Position numbers and translations under genes: made by a program. Below the pieces are notes generated by a model that was not told where the DNA came from, searched no databases, and saw only the letters and a list, made by a program, of their open reading frames with translations. DNA of 64,000 nucleotides from Myxococcota bacterium (GTDB taxonomy: Bacteria; Myxococcota_A; SURF-8), in contig OZ223209.1 of assembly GCA_965140415.1 (NCBI GenBank), positions 2,176,001 through 2,240,000 of the forward strand, written 5' to 3'. How positions within the stretch are numbered: position 1 is the stretch's first letter; every line of letters begins with the position of its first letter. Positions 1-10,349 of this stretch are shown one piece after another.

Positions 1-1331
1 GGAAAAAATCCTTGCGTGTTTTTATGCGTGCGAAAGATGTTGATCCAACCCGTGAGGAAGTGTATAGGCAACTTGAGGAAATTTACAGGCAGCAGAAAAA
101 CGAGTCGGAAGAGAAGCAGGCTTTAGGCATGGTCTGGTCGCTTTCCGGCAAATCGATGGATCTTTCCGACGTTTCCGACCATGTGTTTTACAGCGAGTAC
201 AATCGGTTGATCTTGCCTCATCCGATCGTTCATCTCCAGGGCAAAAAGGTGCTGCCTTTGCAGCAGGTGTTGTTGCTGGACGGCATGCCTTCACCGGTAC
301 CCGCTACGGATTGGGAAAAGGCGATGAGTTATCTGCGTCCCTATCTTCCTCGCAAGAACCAGCAAATTTACGAGGAAGTCAAAAACGCGTTACGCCATCG
401 TTTCGAGGTGATCGAGGATGTGGCCATTCAACAGGAACTGTGGAATCGCCTAGAGGAAACGGATGGGGAAGTCGGCAGGGCGTTTACGCGGAGTCAGTTA
501 TTGGAGTTGGCCAGTCGAGCCAGAGTGGATGCCGTGTTTGCCGTCGTGTCGAATGAAATGGGAGAAGAGAGCACCGGGATCGTGAATATCAATACTTCCC
601 TGTATTCCTTTGATAGCGACGGAAATACGATATACGGAAGCCGAGTACATAAACAAACTCCTTATCTTGCCATATACCGTTTCAATTCGAACTTGTTGGC
701 ATCTCCGCTAATCGCGATGCTTTTCCTTTTGTTTTTATATTTGCGATTTACACGCATGACACGGCATTGGAGCAAGCCGTTGGAAAAGGCCCGTTTTCTG
801 GTAAAACAGGGAAATCTTCAGAAAGCGGCAATGCTATTGGAAAAGTATGGGTATTACGAAGATCACCTGGAGTTGCAGGGGCATTTGTACGCGCGCTACG
901 GCGAGTATCAGAAAGCGCTGGAAGCGTTTTATCGTGCCAAGGATTTTGAAAATGCCGTATTGGTATTGCGAAGCTGTCCCGACAACGAGGAAACCAGCAA
1001 CATGGCGGCGGAAGTGTTTTTTCAATTGAAGCAGTTCGGTCGTGCGGAAGCTTATTACAAGAAAACGAAAAACCTGCTCGGGTTGGCCAAAGTGTATCAG
1101 GCTACCGGACAGACCAATAGGGCCGGGCGTGTATTGGGGCAATACTATTTCGAGGCGAACAATCCCCAGGCTGCGATCGAAGAATACCGCAAAATCAGTG
1201 ACTTCGAACGTGCGGCGACCGTATTGTTTTATTACGGCAAATATCAACCGGCTGCCGGATTGTTCCGCAAGGCGGGCAACGATCAGATGGTGCGCAAATG
1301 TATGGCGCGCTTGAAGGGGCAGAAAAAATAA
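1..1331 (+). CDS. TPR-repeat membrane protein (5' partial; frame open to window edge)
   Basis: One TM segment (LIAMLFLLFLYL) followed by TPR-like helical repeats (GHLYARYGEYQKALEAF, AKVYQATGQ, GQYYFEANNPQAAIEEY). No in-frame stop upstream of position 12. Confidence 0.7.
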   Translation, partial: KKSLRVFMRAKDVDPTREEVYRQLEEIYRQQKNESEEKQALGMVWSLSGKSMDLSDVSDHVFYSEYNRLILPHPIVHLQGKKVLPLQQVLLLDGMPSPVPATDWEKAMSYLRPYLPRKNQQIYEEVKNALRHRFEVIEDVAIQQELWNRLEETDGEVGRAFTRSQLLELASRARVDAVFAVVSNEMGEESTGIVNINTSLYSFDSDGNTIYGSRVHKQTPYLAIYRFNSNLLASPLIAMLFLLFLYLRFTRMTRHWSKPLEKARFLVKQGNLQKAAMLLEKYGYYEDHLELQGHLYARYGEYQKALEAFYRAKDFENAVLVLRSCPDNEETSNMAAEVFFQLKQFGRAEAYYKKTKNLLGLAKVYQATGQTNRAGRVLGQYYFEANNPQAAIEEYRKISDFERAATVLFYYGKYQPAAGLFRKAGNDQMVRKCMARLKGQKK

Positions 1332-1339
1332 GGTTCGGC

Positions 1340-2140
1340 ATGAAAGTCGCTTGTGTTCAGTTTTCCCCGCGACATGGGCGGGTTCAGCAGAATCGCGAAC
1401 GAATGGCGGCGCTGTGGCCTGCCGATGCTCAACTGGTCGTTTTTCCTGAACTCGCTACCACCGGATACCTGCATACCTCCACACAAACATTATTGCCTCT
1501 GGCGGAGCAGCCGAACGGTCCAACCGCGCAATTTATTTGCGAGCAATGCAAGAAGACAGGCAGTCTGGCGGTATATGGCTTCGCCGAACGGGAAGGGGAG
1601 CGAATCTATAACAGCAGTGCGCTTGTCGGTCCGGACGGATTGATCGGCGTGTATCGCAAGGTGCACCTGTTTGCCAACGAAGCGAACTTGTTTTCTCCCG
1701 GAGAGCGGGAATGGCCGGTCTTCGAAGTGAACGGCGTTCGCCTGGGAATGATGATCTGCTTTGACTGGATCGTGCCGGAGGCGGCGCGGGTGCTGGCGTT
1801 AAAGGGAGCGGACATTCTGTGTCATCCAAGTAATCTGGTGTTGACGTACTGTCAGGATGCCATGCGCACCCGCTGCTTGGAAAACGCTGTGTTTGCCTTG
1901 ACTTGCAATCGGATCGGTTCCGAGTCCGTGGGACGGGACACGCTGACTTTCACCGGGCAAAGCCAGATCGTATCACCCTTGGGTGAGCGATTGGCCCAGG
2001 CTGCGCAAGCGGAAGAGGAAGTCATTTGTGTGGAGATCGATCCGGAACGTTCTCGGAATAAATTCATTACCGAAACCAATCACTTATTCGAGCAGCGACG
2101 ACCCGAGCTGTATCGAAAGCTCTATGAGACGAAGACATGA
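1340..2140 (+). CDS. Carbon-nitrogen hydrolase (nitrilase family)
   Basis: Catalytic triad motifs VFPEL, YRKVHL and ICFD. The N-terminus MKVACVQF is typical of the family. Confidence 0.92.
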   Translation: MKVACVQFSPRHGRVQQNRERMAALWPADAQLVVFPELATTGYLHTSTQTLLPLAEQPNGPTAQFICEQCKKTGSLAVYGFAEREGERIYNSSALVGPDGLIGVYRKVHLFANEANLFSPGEREWPVFEVNGVRLGMMICFDWIVPEAARVLALKGADILCHPSNLVLTYCQDAMRTRCLENAVFALTCNRIGSESVGRDTLTFTGQSQIVSPLGERLAQAAQAEEEVICVEIDPERSRNKFITETNHLFEQRRPELYRKLYETKT

Positions 2141-2604
2141 CGGACAAGCGGACCTACCGTCGCAATGTGGCGGCGTTTATCATCGACGGCAAAGGAAAGG
2201 TGCTGGCTTGTGAACGGCGGGACCGTCCCGGAGCCTGGCAACTGCCTCAAGGTGGTGTGGAAACCGGCGAGAGTGACGAAGTCGCCCTGTTTCGTGAAAT
2301 TCAGGAAGAAATCGGCTGCGGCGATCTGGAACTGATAGCGCTTTCACAAACATGCTATCGCTACGACTTTCCAGATTGGCTGAGCAATACACCCATTGCG
2401 CAGGCTTTTCGCGGGCAGGAACAACGATTTGGCGTGTTGCGTTTTCTGCCCGGTGGTTGCCCGGATATCACGCAGGCGGATCATGAGTTCCGAGACTTTG
2501 CCTGGATGGAACCGCAGTCGCTGATTGACCAGCTAGTCGAATTCAAGCGGAAGGCTTGTCAGGCGGCGTATGAAGAGTTGCGAATGGCTATCGAAGTGAC
2601 TTGA
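2137..2604 (+). CDS. rppH: RNA pyrophosphohydrolase (Nudix)
   Basis: YRRNV...WQLPQGGVETGESDEVALFREIQEEIG Nudix box, YRYDFP and FRGQEQ. ATGA overlap with the upstream gene. Confidence 0.85.
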   Translation: MTDKRTYRRNVAAFIIDGKGKVLACERRDRPGAWQLPQGGVETGESDEVALFREIQEEIGCGDLELIALSQTCYRYDFPDWLSNTPIAQAFRGQEQRFGVLRFLPGGCPDITQADHEFRDFAWMEPQSLIDQLVEFKRKACQAAYEELRMAIEVT

Positions 2605-2723
2605 AGTGCTGGTAGATCGACCTGCTTGGGCTTAAGCTGCCGCGTAGTGTTCATTGTGCCTATACGATGCATCATGCTGTGATGAATCGAACCATAACCC
2701 GGATGACTGCTAGGAGATTGATC

Positions 2724-3230
2724 ATGAGTTTGCCTCCATTGAACATCGATGAAATCCTGCAAATGGCGGAAAAGATCGAAACAAACGGGGCTGCGTTTTA
2801 TCGTCGCGCCGCAGAGCACATGCAGGAACCGGATGCCGTGCGATTGCTTACCGGATTGGCAGAAATGGAGGATGGACACGAGGCGCTGTTCAAGAAGATG
2901 CGCCAGCAAGTCGCAAAGGATTTTGCGGTGCAGGGTTACGATCCCGATAATGAGGCCATGCTGTATTTGCAAGCCCTGGCCGACGGTCACATCTTCAAGC
3001 GCGACGAAAAGCCAGAGGAAACCTTTTCCGGATTGGAAACGGTGGAAGAAGTTTTCGAGCAGGCGATCGAGCGCGAAAAAGATGCGATCGTTTTCTTTTT
3101 AGGTTTGAAGGATGTGACTCCGAGCGAGTGGGGCAAGCAGCAACTGGAAGCGATCATCCAGGAGGAAAAGGGGCATGTCAGCCTGCTGAGTCGGGCGCTG
3201 AGCAGTTATAAAGAAAACCTGCCGGAGTAG
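2724..3230 (+). CDS. Ferritin-like/rubrerythrin-family protein
   Basis: Di-iron helix motifs AEKIE..GAAFY, EMEDGH, AIEREKD and EEKGH. Confidence 0.85.
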   Translation: MSLPPLNIDEILQMAEKIETNGAAFYRRAAEHMQEPDAVRLLTGLAEMEDGHEALFKKMRQQVAKDFAVQGYDPDNEAMLYLQALADGHIFKRDEKPEETFSGLETVEEVFEQAIEREKDAIVFFLGLKDVTPSEWGKQQLEAIIQEEKGHVSLLSRALSSYKENLPE

Positions 3231-3267
3231 CTGAGGGGATACTTGTATTTGGAAATATGGAGAAAAG

Positions 3268-3777
3268 ATGAACGATCTCAACGAACTGAAAAATGCACTG
3301 CGCCAGGCGATTCAGGCGGAAAACGAAGGCCATTACTTTTACAAAATGGCGGCTGCCAGCACCAGCGACGAGCAGGGGAAAAAGGTCTTTGCTGAATTGG
3401 CGGAAGACGAACTGGGCCACGCCACATATCTGAAACTCAATTACGATTCAATCGAAAAGACCGGATCGCTGGACGCGGATGCGAGCCTGGGTAATGCTCC
3501 GGTTTTCGACAGCGTCAACCCGATCTTTTCGGAGAAACTATTGGCGCGCATCAAAGATGCTCACTACGAAATGACGGCGCTTTCGGTGGCGATTCAATTG
3601 GAGCAGTCTGCCCAGACTTTCTATCGTCAGCAGGCCGAAAAGACCGAAGATGCTGCGCTTAAGCGTTTCTTCAATGAACTGGCCGATTGGGAATCGAAGC
3701 ACTATCATGCTCTGTTAAAGCAGCAAACCGCCTTGAAAGAGCAGTACTGGCAGGCGAATCGTTTCTCTCCGATGTAA
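3268..3777 (+). CDS. Ferritin-like/rubrerythrin-family protein
   Basis: AIQAENEG..FY, EDELGH, AIQLEQ..FY and WESKH. GGAG RBS. Confidence 0.85.
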   Translation: MNDLNELKNALRQAIQAENEGHYFYKMAAASTSDEQGKKVFAELAEDELGHATYLKLNYDSIEKTGSLDADASLGNAPVFDSVNPIFSEKLLARIKDAHYEMTALSVAIQLEQSAQTFYRQQAEKTEDAALKRFFNELADWESKHYHALLKQQTALKEQYWQANRFSPM

Positions 3778-3863
3778 GATCCTTGTCGCAAAACAGTCGG
3801 TGTCATTTCTTGTGGGCGTAAACGGAATTAGACCTTGTATTATTTGAAATGTGCCACATTCAA

Positions 3864-3957
3864 GGGTGCCACGGTCTTTCGCCCATAAGGCGAATGGCCG
3901 TGCAATTTGGAGAATTCCAGGCCATCGATTCGTACCGAATCGAAGACCCGGCCACCC
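3864..3957. repeat. REP-like palindromic element (divergent family member)
   Basis: GGGTGCC...GGCCACCC termini with two internal hairpins (TTCGCC/GGCGAA and CGATTCG/CGAATCG). Lies between convergent genes. Confidence 0.55.
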
Positions 3958-3990
3958 ATTACCAATAGCGCAACTCAACTAATAGTGACT

Positions 3991-4449
3991 CTAATCTCTA
4001 TATTCGCGAACCAACGCGCTCATCACGTCATCCAGTTTTGAAAGAATGCGCGAGCGGTCCTTCTGTGCCATCGGGGCGGGCCCGCCCGTCATCACTCCCA
4101 GGTTGCGCAGGTGCTCGTTTACCTGGCGCGACGCCAACGCCGAACCGATGGACTCCTCCGTAAATTCGCGTCCTTTGCTGCCCAGTACGCGCGCTCCATT
4201 CTTCAAGCAACGACTGGCCAGCGGAATATCCGCCGTGACCACCAAATCTCCTGTTTCAGCACGCTCGGCGATCCAGTCGTCCGCTTCATCGAAATGTTGT
4301 CCCACCACCACTGCTTCGATAAGGGGGGAGGCCGGTACGTTCAAATATTTGTTTGCAACCACGAAGACCTTCAGTTGGTAACGCGCGGCGACCTTGTAAA
4401 CTTGTTCTTTCACCGGGCAGCCGTCGGCGTCGATATAGACTGTCAGCAT
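3991..4449 (-). CDS. YaiI/YqxD (UPF0178) family protein
   Basis: [19 protein letters not shown] and VVTADIPLA motifs. Confidence 0.92.
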   Translation of the reverse strand: MLTVYIDADGCPVKEQVYKVAARYQLKVFVVANKYLNVPASPLIEAVVVGQHFDEADDWIAERAETGDLVVTADIPLASRCLKNGARVLGSKGREFTEESIGSALASRQVNEHLRNLGVMTGGPAPMAQKDRSRILSKLDDVMSALVREYRD

Positions 4450-4490
4450 ACGTTTGAACTCCTTGATGCTTCGTGAGGTTTCGTGTCGGA

Positions 4491-5276
4491 CTATTTCAGT
4501 CCGCGAGGCAGCGGGCGACGATGCGCGTCGGGGCGTTTTGTCGCTCCCTTGACCTTGACCAGAATCGGCAGAAAAATGTCCTTAACCGTGGCGTCCGTGG
4601 TGCGAACAATCAAGCGGCCACTCAAGTTTCCCTGGATGTTTGCAGGTACCGAAATCTTGAAAGAAAGCGTGGTTTCGGCGTTGGGCTGCAAGGTTTTCCG
4701 CTTGATATCGGCTACGATCTCCGGGCGCGAACTCTCCAAACTCGTGAGCGTGAATTTGCGCTTGCTGTTGTTTTTCAGCCGAACCGTTGCCTCCATGGTC
4801 TGTCCTGCCTTGGGGCATTCCAGCAGCAGCAGACGCGGTTCGAAATCCAGTTCCACGATCACGACGGATTTTAAAATCAAGGTGACTTTGGGGTTCTTCG
4901 GATCGTTGCTGCGCACGACAATCGGTTTTTCCAATTTGCCGCGTTTGTTCGTTGTATCGAAGCGCACCTTGACGGCGTCCTTGCCGCCGGGAGGAATGCG
5001 CGTTTGACCGACGGTGGCGGCGGTGCAGCCGCAGGATGACTCGATCTTCCAGATCTGCAAGTCGCTTGTTCCCTTGTTGTGAAAAACAAACGAAGCTTCC
5101 ACGGCTTGCCCCTGAACCAGTTTCCCGAAGTCGTGTTCGCTGCGCTCGAAGACAATCTTCGGGGCTTGCGCCGCTGTTTCCGTGGTCTCACTCTCCGTCG
5201 CTTGGGTGCTTGTCTGCCAGAAAACGGCAAGCAGTGCAGCCAGTGTAATGAGCACGGGTTGTATTATTCGCTTCAT
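4491..5276 (-). CDS. DUF1573-domain exported protein
   Basis: Signal peptide, then HDFG...[15 protein letters not shown]...IPPG and a second Ig-like domain. Confidence 0.85.
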   Translation of the reverse strand: MKRIIQPVLITLAALLAVFWQTSTQATESETTETAAQAPKIVFERSEHDFGKLVQGQAVEASFVFHNKGTSDLQIWKIESSCGCTAATVGQTRIPPGGKDAVKVRFDTTNKRGKLEKPIVVRSNDPKNPKVTLILKSVVIVELDFEPRLLLLECPKAGQTMEATVRLKNNSKRKFTLTSLESSRPEIVADIKRKTLQPNAETTLSFKISVPANIQGNLSGRLIVRTTDATVKDIFLPILVKVKGATKRPDAHRRPLPRGLK

Positions 5277-5317
5277 ATCGCAGGTTTTCGTGTTTGAGCA
5301 GCGCTTCATCTTGCTCC

Positions 5318-7174
5318 TCATGGTTGAAGCCTTTGCAGATCCCATACCATCAATGTACCATCTCCGCCGCCACTGGCGAGATAACGACTGTCTGCGGAAA
5401 ATGCCAGGGTACGTACTGTACCGTTATGGCCGTGCAGAGCCGTAACTTGTGAACCATCCGCCACTGACCAGAGCGCGATACCGCCCTGGGTGCAGCTCGG
5501 CCCTTCCGATGCGTTGCAGCCCGCCGTGGCAATCCAGGCTCCATCGGGTGACACGGCGACATCGTTGATTTCCTCTGCGTGCGCGGTGAGGTTCAATGTG
5601 CGCTGACCTTGCGAGATCGTATAGACCCGCAGTGCGCCGCTATTGTCCAGTCGCGCCGCAAAGGCCAGGCGATCGGCGTCGTTTACGAAGGCCACGGATG
5701 GCACCAGTTCGTTGGTATCGGATACCACACCGGCAAAGGAGCCGCCTGCCTGCCACAGCTTGATTTCGCCTTCGTCGCAGTATCCCCAACGAGTGTGCTT
5801 GCAACCACCGCTGGCGAAGAACGCGCCTCCCGCAGCAACGGAAAGTCCACGCAGACCTTCAGAGTGGGCATCCAGCGATGCCACTTCGCTTGTTGTTTCC
5901 AGGTTGCGGATTTCGATGCGTCCTGCATCATCTCCGCTGACCAGCGCATTGCTTTCATTGACAACGGCCAGGGCTCGAACGGCTTCGCTATGATCGCCCA
6001 TACTGCCTGCGGGAGTCCAGTTGGACAGGTTCCACAGTTTGATCGGCAGATCCGTCCCCGTTCCCTTTTCACCAGCGCTGATCAGTTTGTCGCCTGCCGG
6101 GGTCAATGCGAGCGCATAAACCCGACCGGCATGACCTAGAATGTCATGCAAAAGCTGGCCATCGGAGAGTTGCCAGACTTTCACCTTGGCGTCATGCCCG
6201 GCGCTGTACAGGCGTTCTCCGTTTGGATCGAAGATGATATCGTTGATTTGATCGTCGTGGCCGACCATGCGTAAAAGTGCGCCGCCTATGTGGCAGCGAC
6301 TGTCGATGCAGACGTTCCAGGTGTCCGCGCTGCCATCCTCGCATTCTCCGAAATTTCCGGTATCGCAGGGAATCACGCATTCTCCCGACTGGCACGACCC
6401 GTTTCCGTTGCTGCATCGCGTGCCATCCGGCAGTACGGTCCATTGCTCTTGACTCAAGGTCGTGTAGCACAGACTGCACGCGTCTATCGGGTTCGGGTCC
6501 AGGTGGCTGTAGCACTGACCATCGATCAAGCAGCGATTTTCCACCACCGGGTGAATGCACTGATGCTCGGCATTGCAGACATCCTGTGTGCAGTCCAGTT
6601 CATCACGACCGATCAGGCAGGTGTCGCCTTCGTTCAACCAGACGCCATCCAGGCAGCAGGCTCCGGTATTGCATGCCCATTCGCTTTGTTCAGTCGTATC
6701 TGTTGCGTCGGATTCCATTTCCAGTTCGGATTCAAACGATTCCTGCTCTTCTTGTTCCATCTCAGGATCGATATCACCGTCGATTGTATCCGGATCCGCA
6801 TCTGCTTCCTGATCGCCATCGGGAGGTATGGAATCGTTGTCGCCATCAGGGGAGTGTTCATCTTCGATGTCTTCGGAAGTCTCGGTTTCAAGGTCCAGAT
6901 CGCCGTCTGAAGGCTCGATACAGGCTCCTTCCCGGCAGATCAGGCCTTCTTTGGAGCAATCCTGTTCACGCGCCCAAATACCGCTTTCGCAACGCATCAC
7001 CCAGTCATCCTGGCAATCCAGAGCATCTTGAATGCAGGCGTTTGGTACGTCGCTTGTTTCGTAATCGCCATCTGTATGAATGCTGCCGCTGCTCGATTCG
7101 CAACCGAAACACCCCAGCAAACCGGCGATAGTCAACCAAGCCAGGCATAAGGCGTTTGCCGTGTCGATTTTCAT
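5318..7174 (-). CDS. Lipoprotein with DGD acidic linker, Cys-rich region and C-terminal WD40 beta-propeller
   Basis: Lipobox-like LLGC/FGC, DGD-rich spacer and many Cys. About 7 WD40 repeats (GH...V..LAFS.D...LASG..DG...VWD). Confidence 0.85.
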   Translation of the reverse strand: MKIDTANALCLAWLTIAGLLGCFGCESSSGSIHTDGDYETSDVPNACIQDALDCQDDWVMRCESGIWAREQDCSKEGLICREGACIEPSDGDLDLETETSEDIEDEHSPDGDNDSIPPDGDQEADADPDTIDGDIDPEMEQEEQESFESELEMESDATDTTEQSEWACNTGACCLDGVWLNEGDTCLIGRDELDCTQDVCNAEHQCIHPVVENRCLIDGQCYSHLDPNPIDACSLCYTTLSQEQWTVLPDGTRCSNGNGSCQSGECVIPCDTGNFGECEDGSADTWNVCIDSRCHIGGALLRMVGHDDQINDIIFDPNGERLYSAGHDAKVKVWQLSDGQLLHDILGHAGRVYALALTPAGDKLISAGEKGTGTDLPIKLWNLSNWTPAGSMGDHSEAVRALAVVNESNALVSGDDAGRIEIRNLETTSEVASLDAHSEGLRGLSVAAGGAFFASGGCKHTRWGYCDEGEIKLWQAGGSFAGVVSDTNELVPSVAFVNDADRLAFAARLDNSGALRVYTISQGQRTLNLTAHAEEINDVAVSPDGAWIATAGCNASEGPSCTQGGIALWSVADGSQVTALHGHNGTVRTLAFSADSRYLASGGGDGTLMVWDLQRLQP

Positions 7175-7444
7175 AGCGGGTACATCTCCTTACAGCTTGA
7201 AATACGATGCGTATTCGTTCGTGAAATATACGGAATCGCTCGGACAATATGGAATCCTAGCATGACGGACTTCTTTCTGACAAGAGTCTTTCCTTCCTGA
7301 AATTAAAGGCGATTTTTTCCCACTTTCTTTTCTGTATTCATAGTATAGGAAAATATGTTGATTTTTCCGTCCCGCTAAAGTAGGTTAATCGGCCAATATG
7401 GTGAAACCCCTTACGAGTGGGCAATCGTCCGAAGGAGTGTTACG

Positions 7445-8992
7445 ATGAATATGCAGTGGATGCGGGAACGGTCCAGTTCGTTCTTGATCGCAATTTTGTT
7501 CGGTATCATTATCGTGGTTTTCGCATTGCAGTTCGGTCCCGGTTCCAAGGGCTGCACCAGCGATCTAGCCATCGCGGGTAAAGTCAATGGTCAAGTGGTG
7601 ACGAGCGGTGAGTGGAGTTTCTACTACAACCAGCTCTTCAGCAATTACCAGCGTTTCGATCCGAACTTCAACAACCAGAAGGCCGAAGAATACAACCTGA
7701 AGCAGAAAGCCTTCGACCAGGTGGTGGACAGCGTCCTGCTGGCTCAAACCGGTGAAGAACTGGGCTTGGCGGTCGGCGACAAGGAAGCTGGGCGCGATAT
7801 CGTTACATCGGGAGCCTTCAAAGACGAGAGCGGCGCGTTCGATCGCGATCTGTATCGTCGCATGGTCAACTACTATTACAAGATGAGCGTGAATCGCTAC
7901 GAAGACAAGCACAAGGAAGACATGGCCGGTGATCGTATTCGTTCGTTATTGCGTAACGGCCCCATGGTTTCGGAGAATTACGCCTTCGATCAGTGGAAAC
8001 TCGAAAACGAGAAAATCACGTTGGATTTCGTCAAGTTCAACAGCGCGGACTACAAAAGTGACGTCGCCCCGACCGAAGAGGAAATCAAAGCCTACGTCGA
8101 AAAAGAAGACGAGAAAATCAGCAACTATTTCAACAACAACAAATCCGAGTTCGAAAAACCGGAACAGGTCCATGCTCGTCATATCCTGATCAAAACCTCC
8201 GATGATATGAGCCAGCAGCAGCTTGCGCAGGCCAAAAAGAAAATCGATGAGATCGCCGAGAAAGCCAAAGCGGAGCCGGATGATTTTGCCAAACTGGCAG
8301 AGGAATACTCCGAAGGCCCCACCAAGACCAAGGGCGGTGATTTGGGAATGTTCAGCCGTGGGCGTATGGTCAAGGAATTTGAAGACGCCGCCTTTGCGTT
8401 GGAAGTCGGGCAGATTTCCGATCCGGTCAAGAGCAAGTTCGGTTGGCACGTGATCAAGGTTGAAGAGAAGACGACGGAAGAAAAGCGTACGCTGGATCAG
8501 GTGACGAACGAAATCGCCGCGAAATTGATCGAGCAGGAAAACACCAAGGAACAAACCAAAAAAGCCGCGCAGGATTTCTGGGCGCAGGCCAGCGGTGGTA
8601 AAAGCTTTGAAGACATCATCGCCGAGATGGGTGAAGACACGAAGTTGAAAGTGGAGCAGAGCGGTGAATTCGCGCGCACCAGCGGCACTTACATTCCATT
8701 GATCGGCTCCAGCGAAGAACTGTTCGAAGCGTCCTGGAAACTGACCGAGGAAAAACCGTTGCCCGGCCAGGTCTTCGAAGTCTTCGACAACTTTTTCGTC
8801 GTCAAACTTAAAGAACACAAAATTCCCACTCGGGAAGACTTCATCGCCGTGCGCGACCAGGAAATGGGCCGCATGCAGAGTGGCTTGGCCAATCAGGCTT
8901 TTTCCGGCTGGCTCAAGCAAACGCGCGAACAGGCGGACATCGTCACGTCATTGAACGCCAAGCTCTTCCAGGAACAGGACAACAACTTCTAG
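7445..8992 (+). CDS. PpiD/SurA-type peptidyl-prolyl cis-trans isomerase
   Basis: N-terminal TM anchor and SurA_N-like region. Parvulin motifs HARHILI, FAKLAEEYS, KGGDLG.F.RGRMVKEFE and FGWHVIKV. Confidence 0.9.
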   Translation: MNMQWMRERSSSFLIAILFGIIIVVFALQFGPGSKGCTSDLAIAGKVNGQVVTSGEWSFYYNQLFSNYQRFDPNFNNQKAEEYNLKQKAFDQVVDSVLLAQTGEELGLAVGDKEAGRDIVTSGAFKDESGAFDRDLYRRMVNYYYKMSVNRYEDKHKEDMAGDRIRSLLRNGPMVSENYAFDQWKLENEKITLDFVKFNSADYKSDVAPTEEEIKAYVEKEDEKISNYFNNNKSEFEKPEQVHARHILIKTSDDMSQQQLAQAKKKIDEIAEKAKAEPDDFAKLAEEYSEGPTKTKGGDLGMFSRGRMVKEFEDAAFALEVGQISDPVKSKFGWHVIKVEEKTTEEKRTLDQVTNEIAAKLIEQENTKEQTKKAAQDFWAQASGGKSFEDIIAEMGEDTKLKVEQSGEFARTSGTYIPLIGSSEELFEASWKLTEEKPLPGQVFEVFDNFFVVKLKEHKIPTREDFIAVRDQEMGRMQSGLANQAFSGWLKQTREQADIVTSLNAKLFQEQDNNF

Positions 8993-9020
8993 TTTCGGCA
9001 GATTACAGATCGATGCTTAT

Positions 9021-9054
9021 GCGACCCGCGAGGATGACTTCGCGGGTCGTTTTC
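9021..9054 (+). terminator. Intrinsic terminator after ppiD
   Basis: GCGACCCGCGAGG-ATGA-CTTCGCGGGTCGT followed by TTTT. Confidence 0.75.
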
Positions 9055-9074
9055 GTATATGCACGCTTGTTCAT

Positions 9075-9106
9075 AAAAAGAGGATGGGGAACCGGGCAGG
9101 TTCCCC
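9075..9106 (-). terminator. Probable terminator after the flagellin-like gene
   Basis: GGGGAACC-GGGCA-GGTTCCCC hairpin with a T-run shortly after it on the minus strand. Confidence 0.45.
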
Positions 9107-9158
9107 AAAATGAGGGAATGGAAATGTGACGTTCCAAGCCGGAACGTGTTACTCGCTG

Positions 9159-10298
9159 CTAGCGAAGCAGGAGTGGATAAACCGCCTGGGCCGACAGATG
9201 ATTCTGAGCGACCAGAGCGAGTGTCGGTGTTTCCAATAACCCGTTTTGCAGATCCGACACAAAGTCGGTTGCTTGGGCGCTGGATTCGATTGACGTTCCG
9301 AAAGAAGTGTCCAATGACGCCGGAGCGTTCATGTCGGCGGCGTAGCGATCCAGTAATTGCTGAATCGATTCACGAACCTGGCTGACCACGCCTTTGGCCT
9401 GTTCCAGGCTTTCTGTTACTGCCTGTGTATCTCCTTCAACAACGTTCTGTGCGAAATCGTTCCCCAAAAGAGCGGCAAAGGACAAATCCGGCAGAGCCAG
9501 AGCCACGCGTTCCCGTTCTCCATTTTCTGCCGGAACGGAAAAGACCGCCGCCGTATCCTGAATCGTGTAGATCCGGCTGGCGTCGTTTACCGAACCTGCT
9601 CTCAAGTTGTCCAGGGAAAAGCGCTCGTCAACCCGAATGCGCAAGCCCAGTTCGTCGAAATTCAAATCGGCCTGCTCGCCGCGTTCCAACGCGATGGCCT
9701 CTGAAACATCCAGGGTCTGTTGCTGTTTGCCGTTGGTTAGCGTAATTTGCGCCGGATTTTCGGATAATTCGCTGACGTACCAGATCGTGCCGGCCTGAGA
9801 GTTGGCGACATCGATTTCCAAAACGCCGTTTTGCGGAACGATATCCACGGGATAGTACGGCCCAAGACGATTGACGCCGAATTCGCCATCGATCAGGTTG
9901 CGATCGTTGAAGCGGGTGGTGGCGACGATATGGTTGATTTCCTGACCCAGTTGTTCGATTTCGAATTGAATGTTCGCTACATTTTCCGTATCGCCAGAAA
10001 CTCCAACCGATTGTGCAAGGTCAGTGAGGCGGTTCAGAATCAGATCGATGCGAGTGGAAGACATATCCGCCATTTGCAGGGCACTGACGTCCGAGATCGA
10101 GGAGCGACTTTCCAATTGAACGCGAGCGGCTTCTGCACGATTGCGAATCTGATTCGCTAACCGCAGAATATCTTGAGAAGGTTCAACCGCTTTGCTGCTG
10201 GAAGTTTTGTCGTTTTTCGCCGAGCGCGTTTGACCTAAATCAAGCGAGTAATTCCGAAGCTGAGATTCTGTGATGTTGGAATTGCTGGTAATGCTCAT
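9159..10298 (-). CDS. Divergent flagellin-family protein
   Basis: Flagellin N-domain (LQMAD...ILNRLTDLAQS...IQFEIEQLGQEINHIVATTRFNDRNLIDG) and flagellin-like C-terminus (ALVAQNHLSAQAVYPLL). Confidence 0.75.
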   Translation of the reverse strand: MSITSNSNITESQLRNYSLDLGQTRSAKNDKTSSSKAVEPSQDILRLANQIRNRAEAARVQLESRSSISDVSALQMADMSSTRIDLILNRLTDLAQSVGVSGDTENVANIQFEIEQLGQEINHIVATTRFNDRNLIDGEFGVNRLGPYYPVDIVPQNGVLEIDVANSQAGTIWYVSELSENPAQITLTNGKQQQTLDVSEAIALERGEQADLNFDELGLRIRVDERFSLDNLRAGSVNDASRIYTIQDTAAVFSVPAENGERERVALALPDLSFAALLGNDFAQNVVEGDTQAVTESLEQAKGVVSQVRESIQQLLDRYAADMNAPASLDTSFGTSIESSAQATDFVSDLQNGLLETPTLALVAQNHLSAQAVYPLLLR

Positions 10299-10349
10299 TG
10301 GTCCTTGCTCCAAAAGTCCGCGAAAAAAAATCTCGCTCTCTATATCTTG

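Noticed and set aside
7946-8920. 324-aa minus-strand Phe/Leu-rich ORF
   Set aside because: Antisense of the Lys/Glu-rich PpiD gene.
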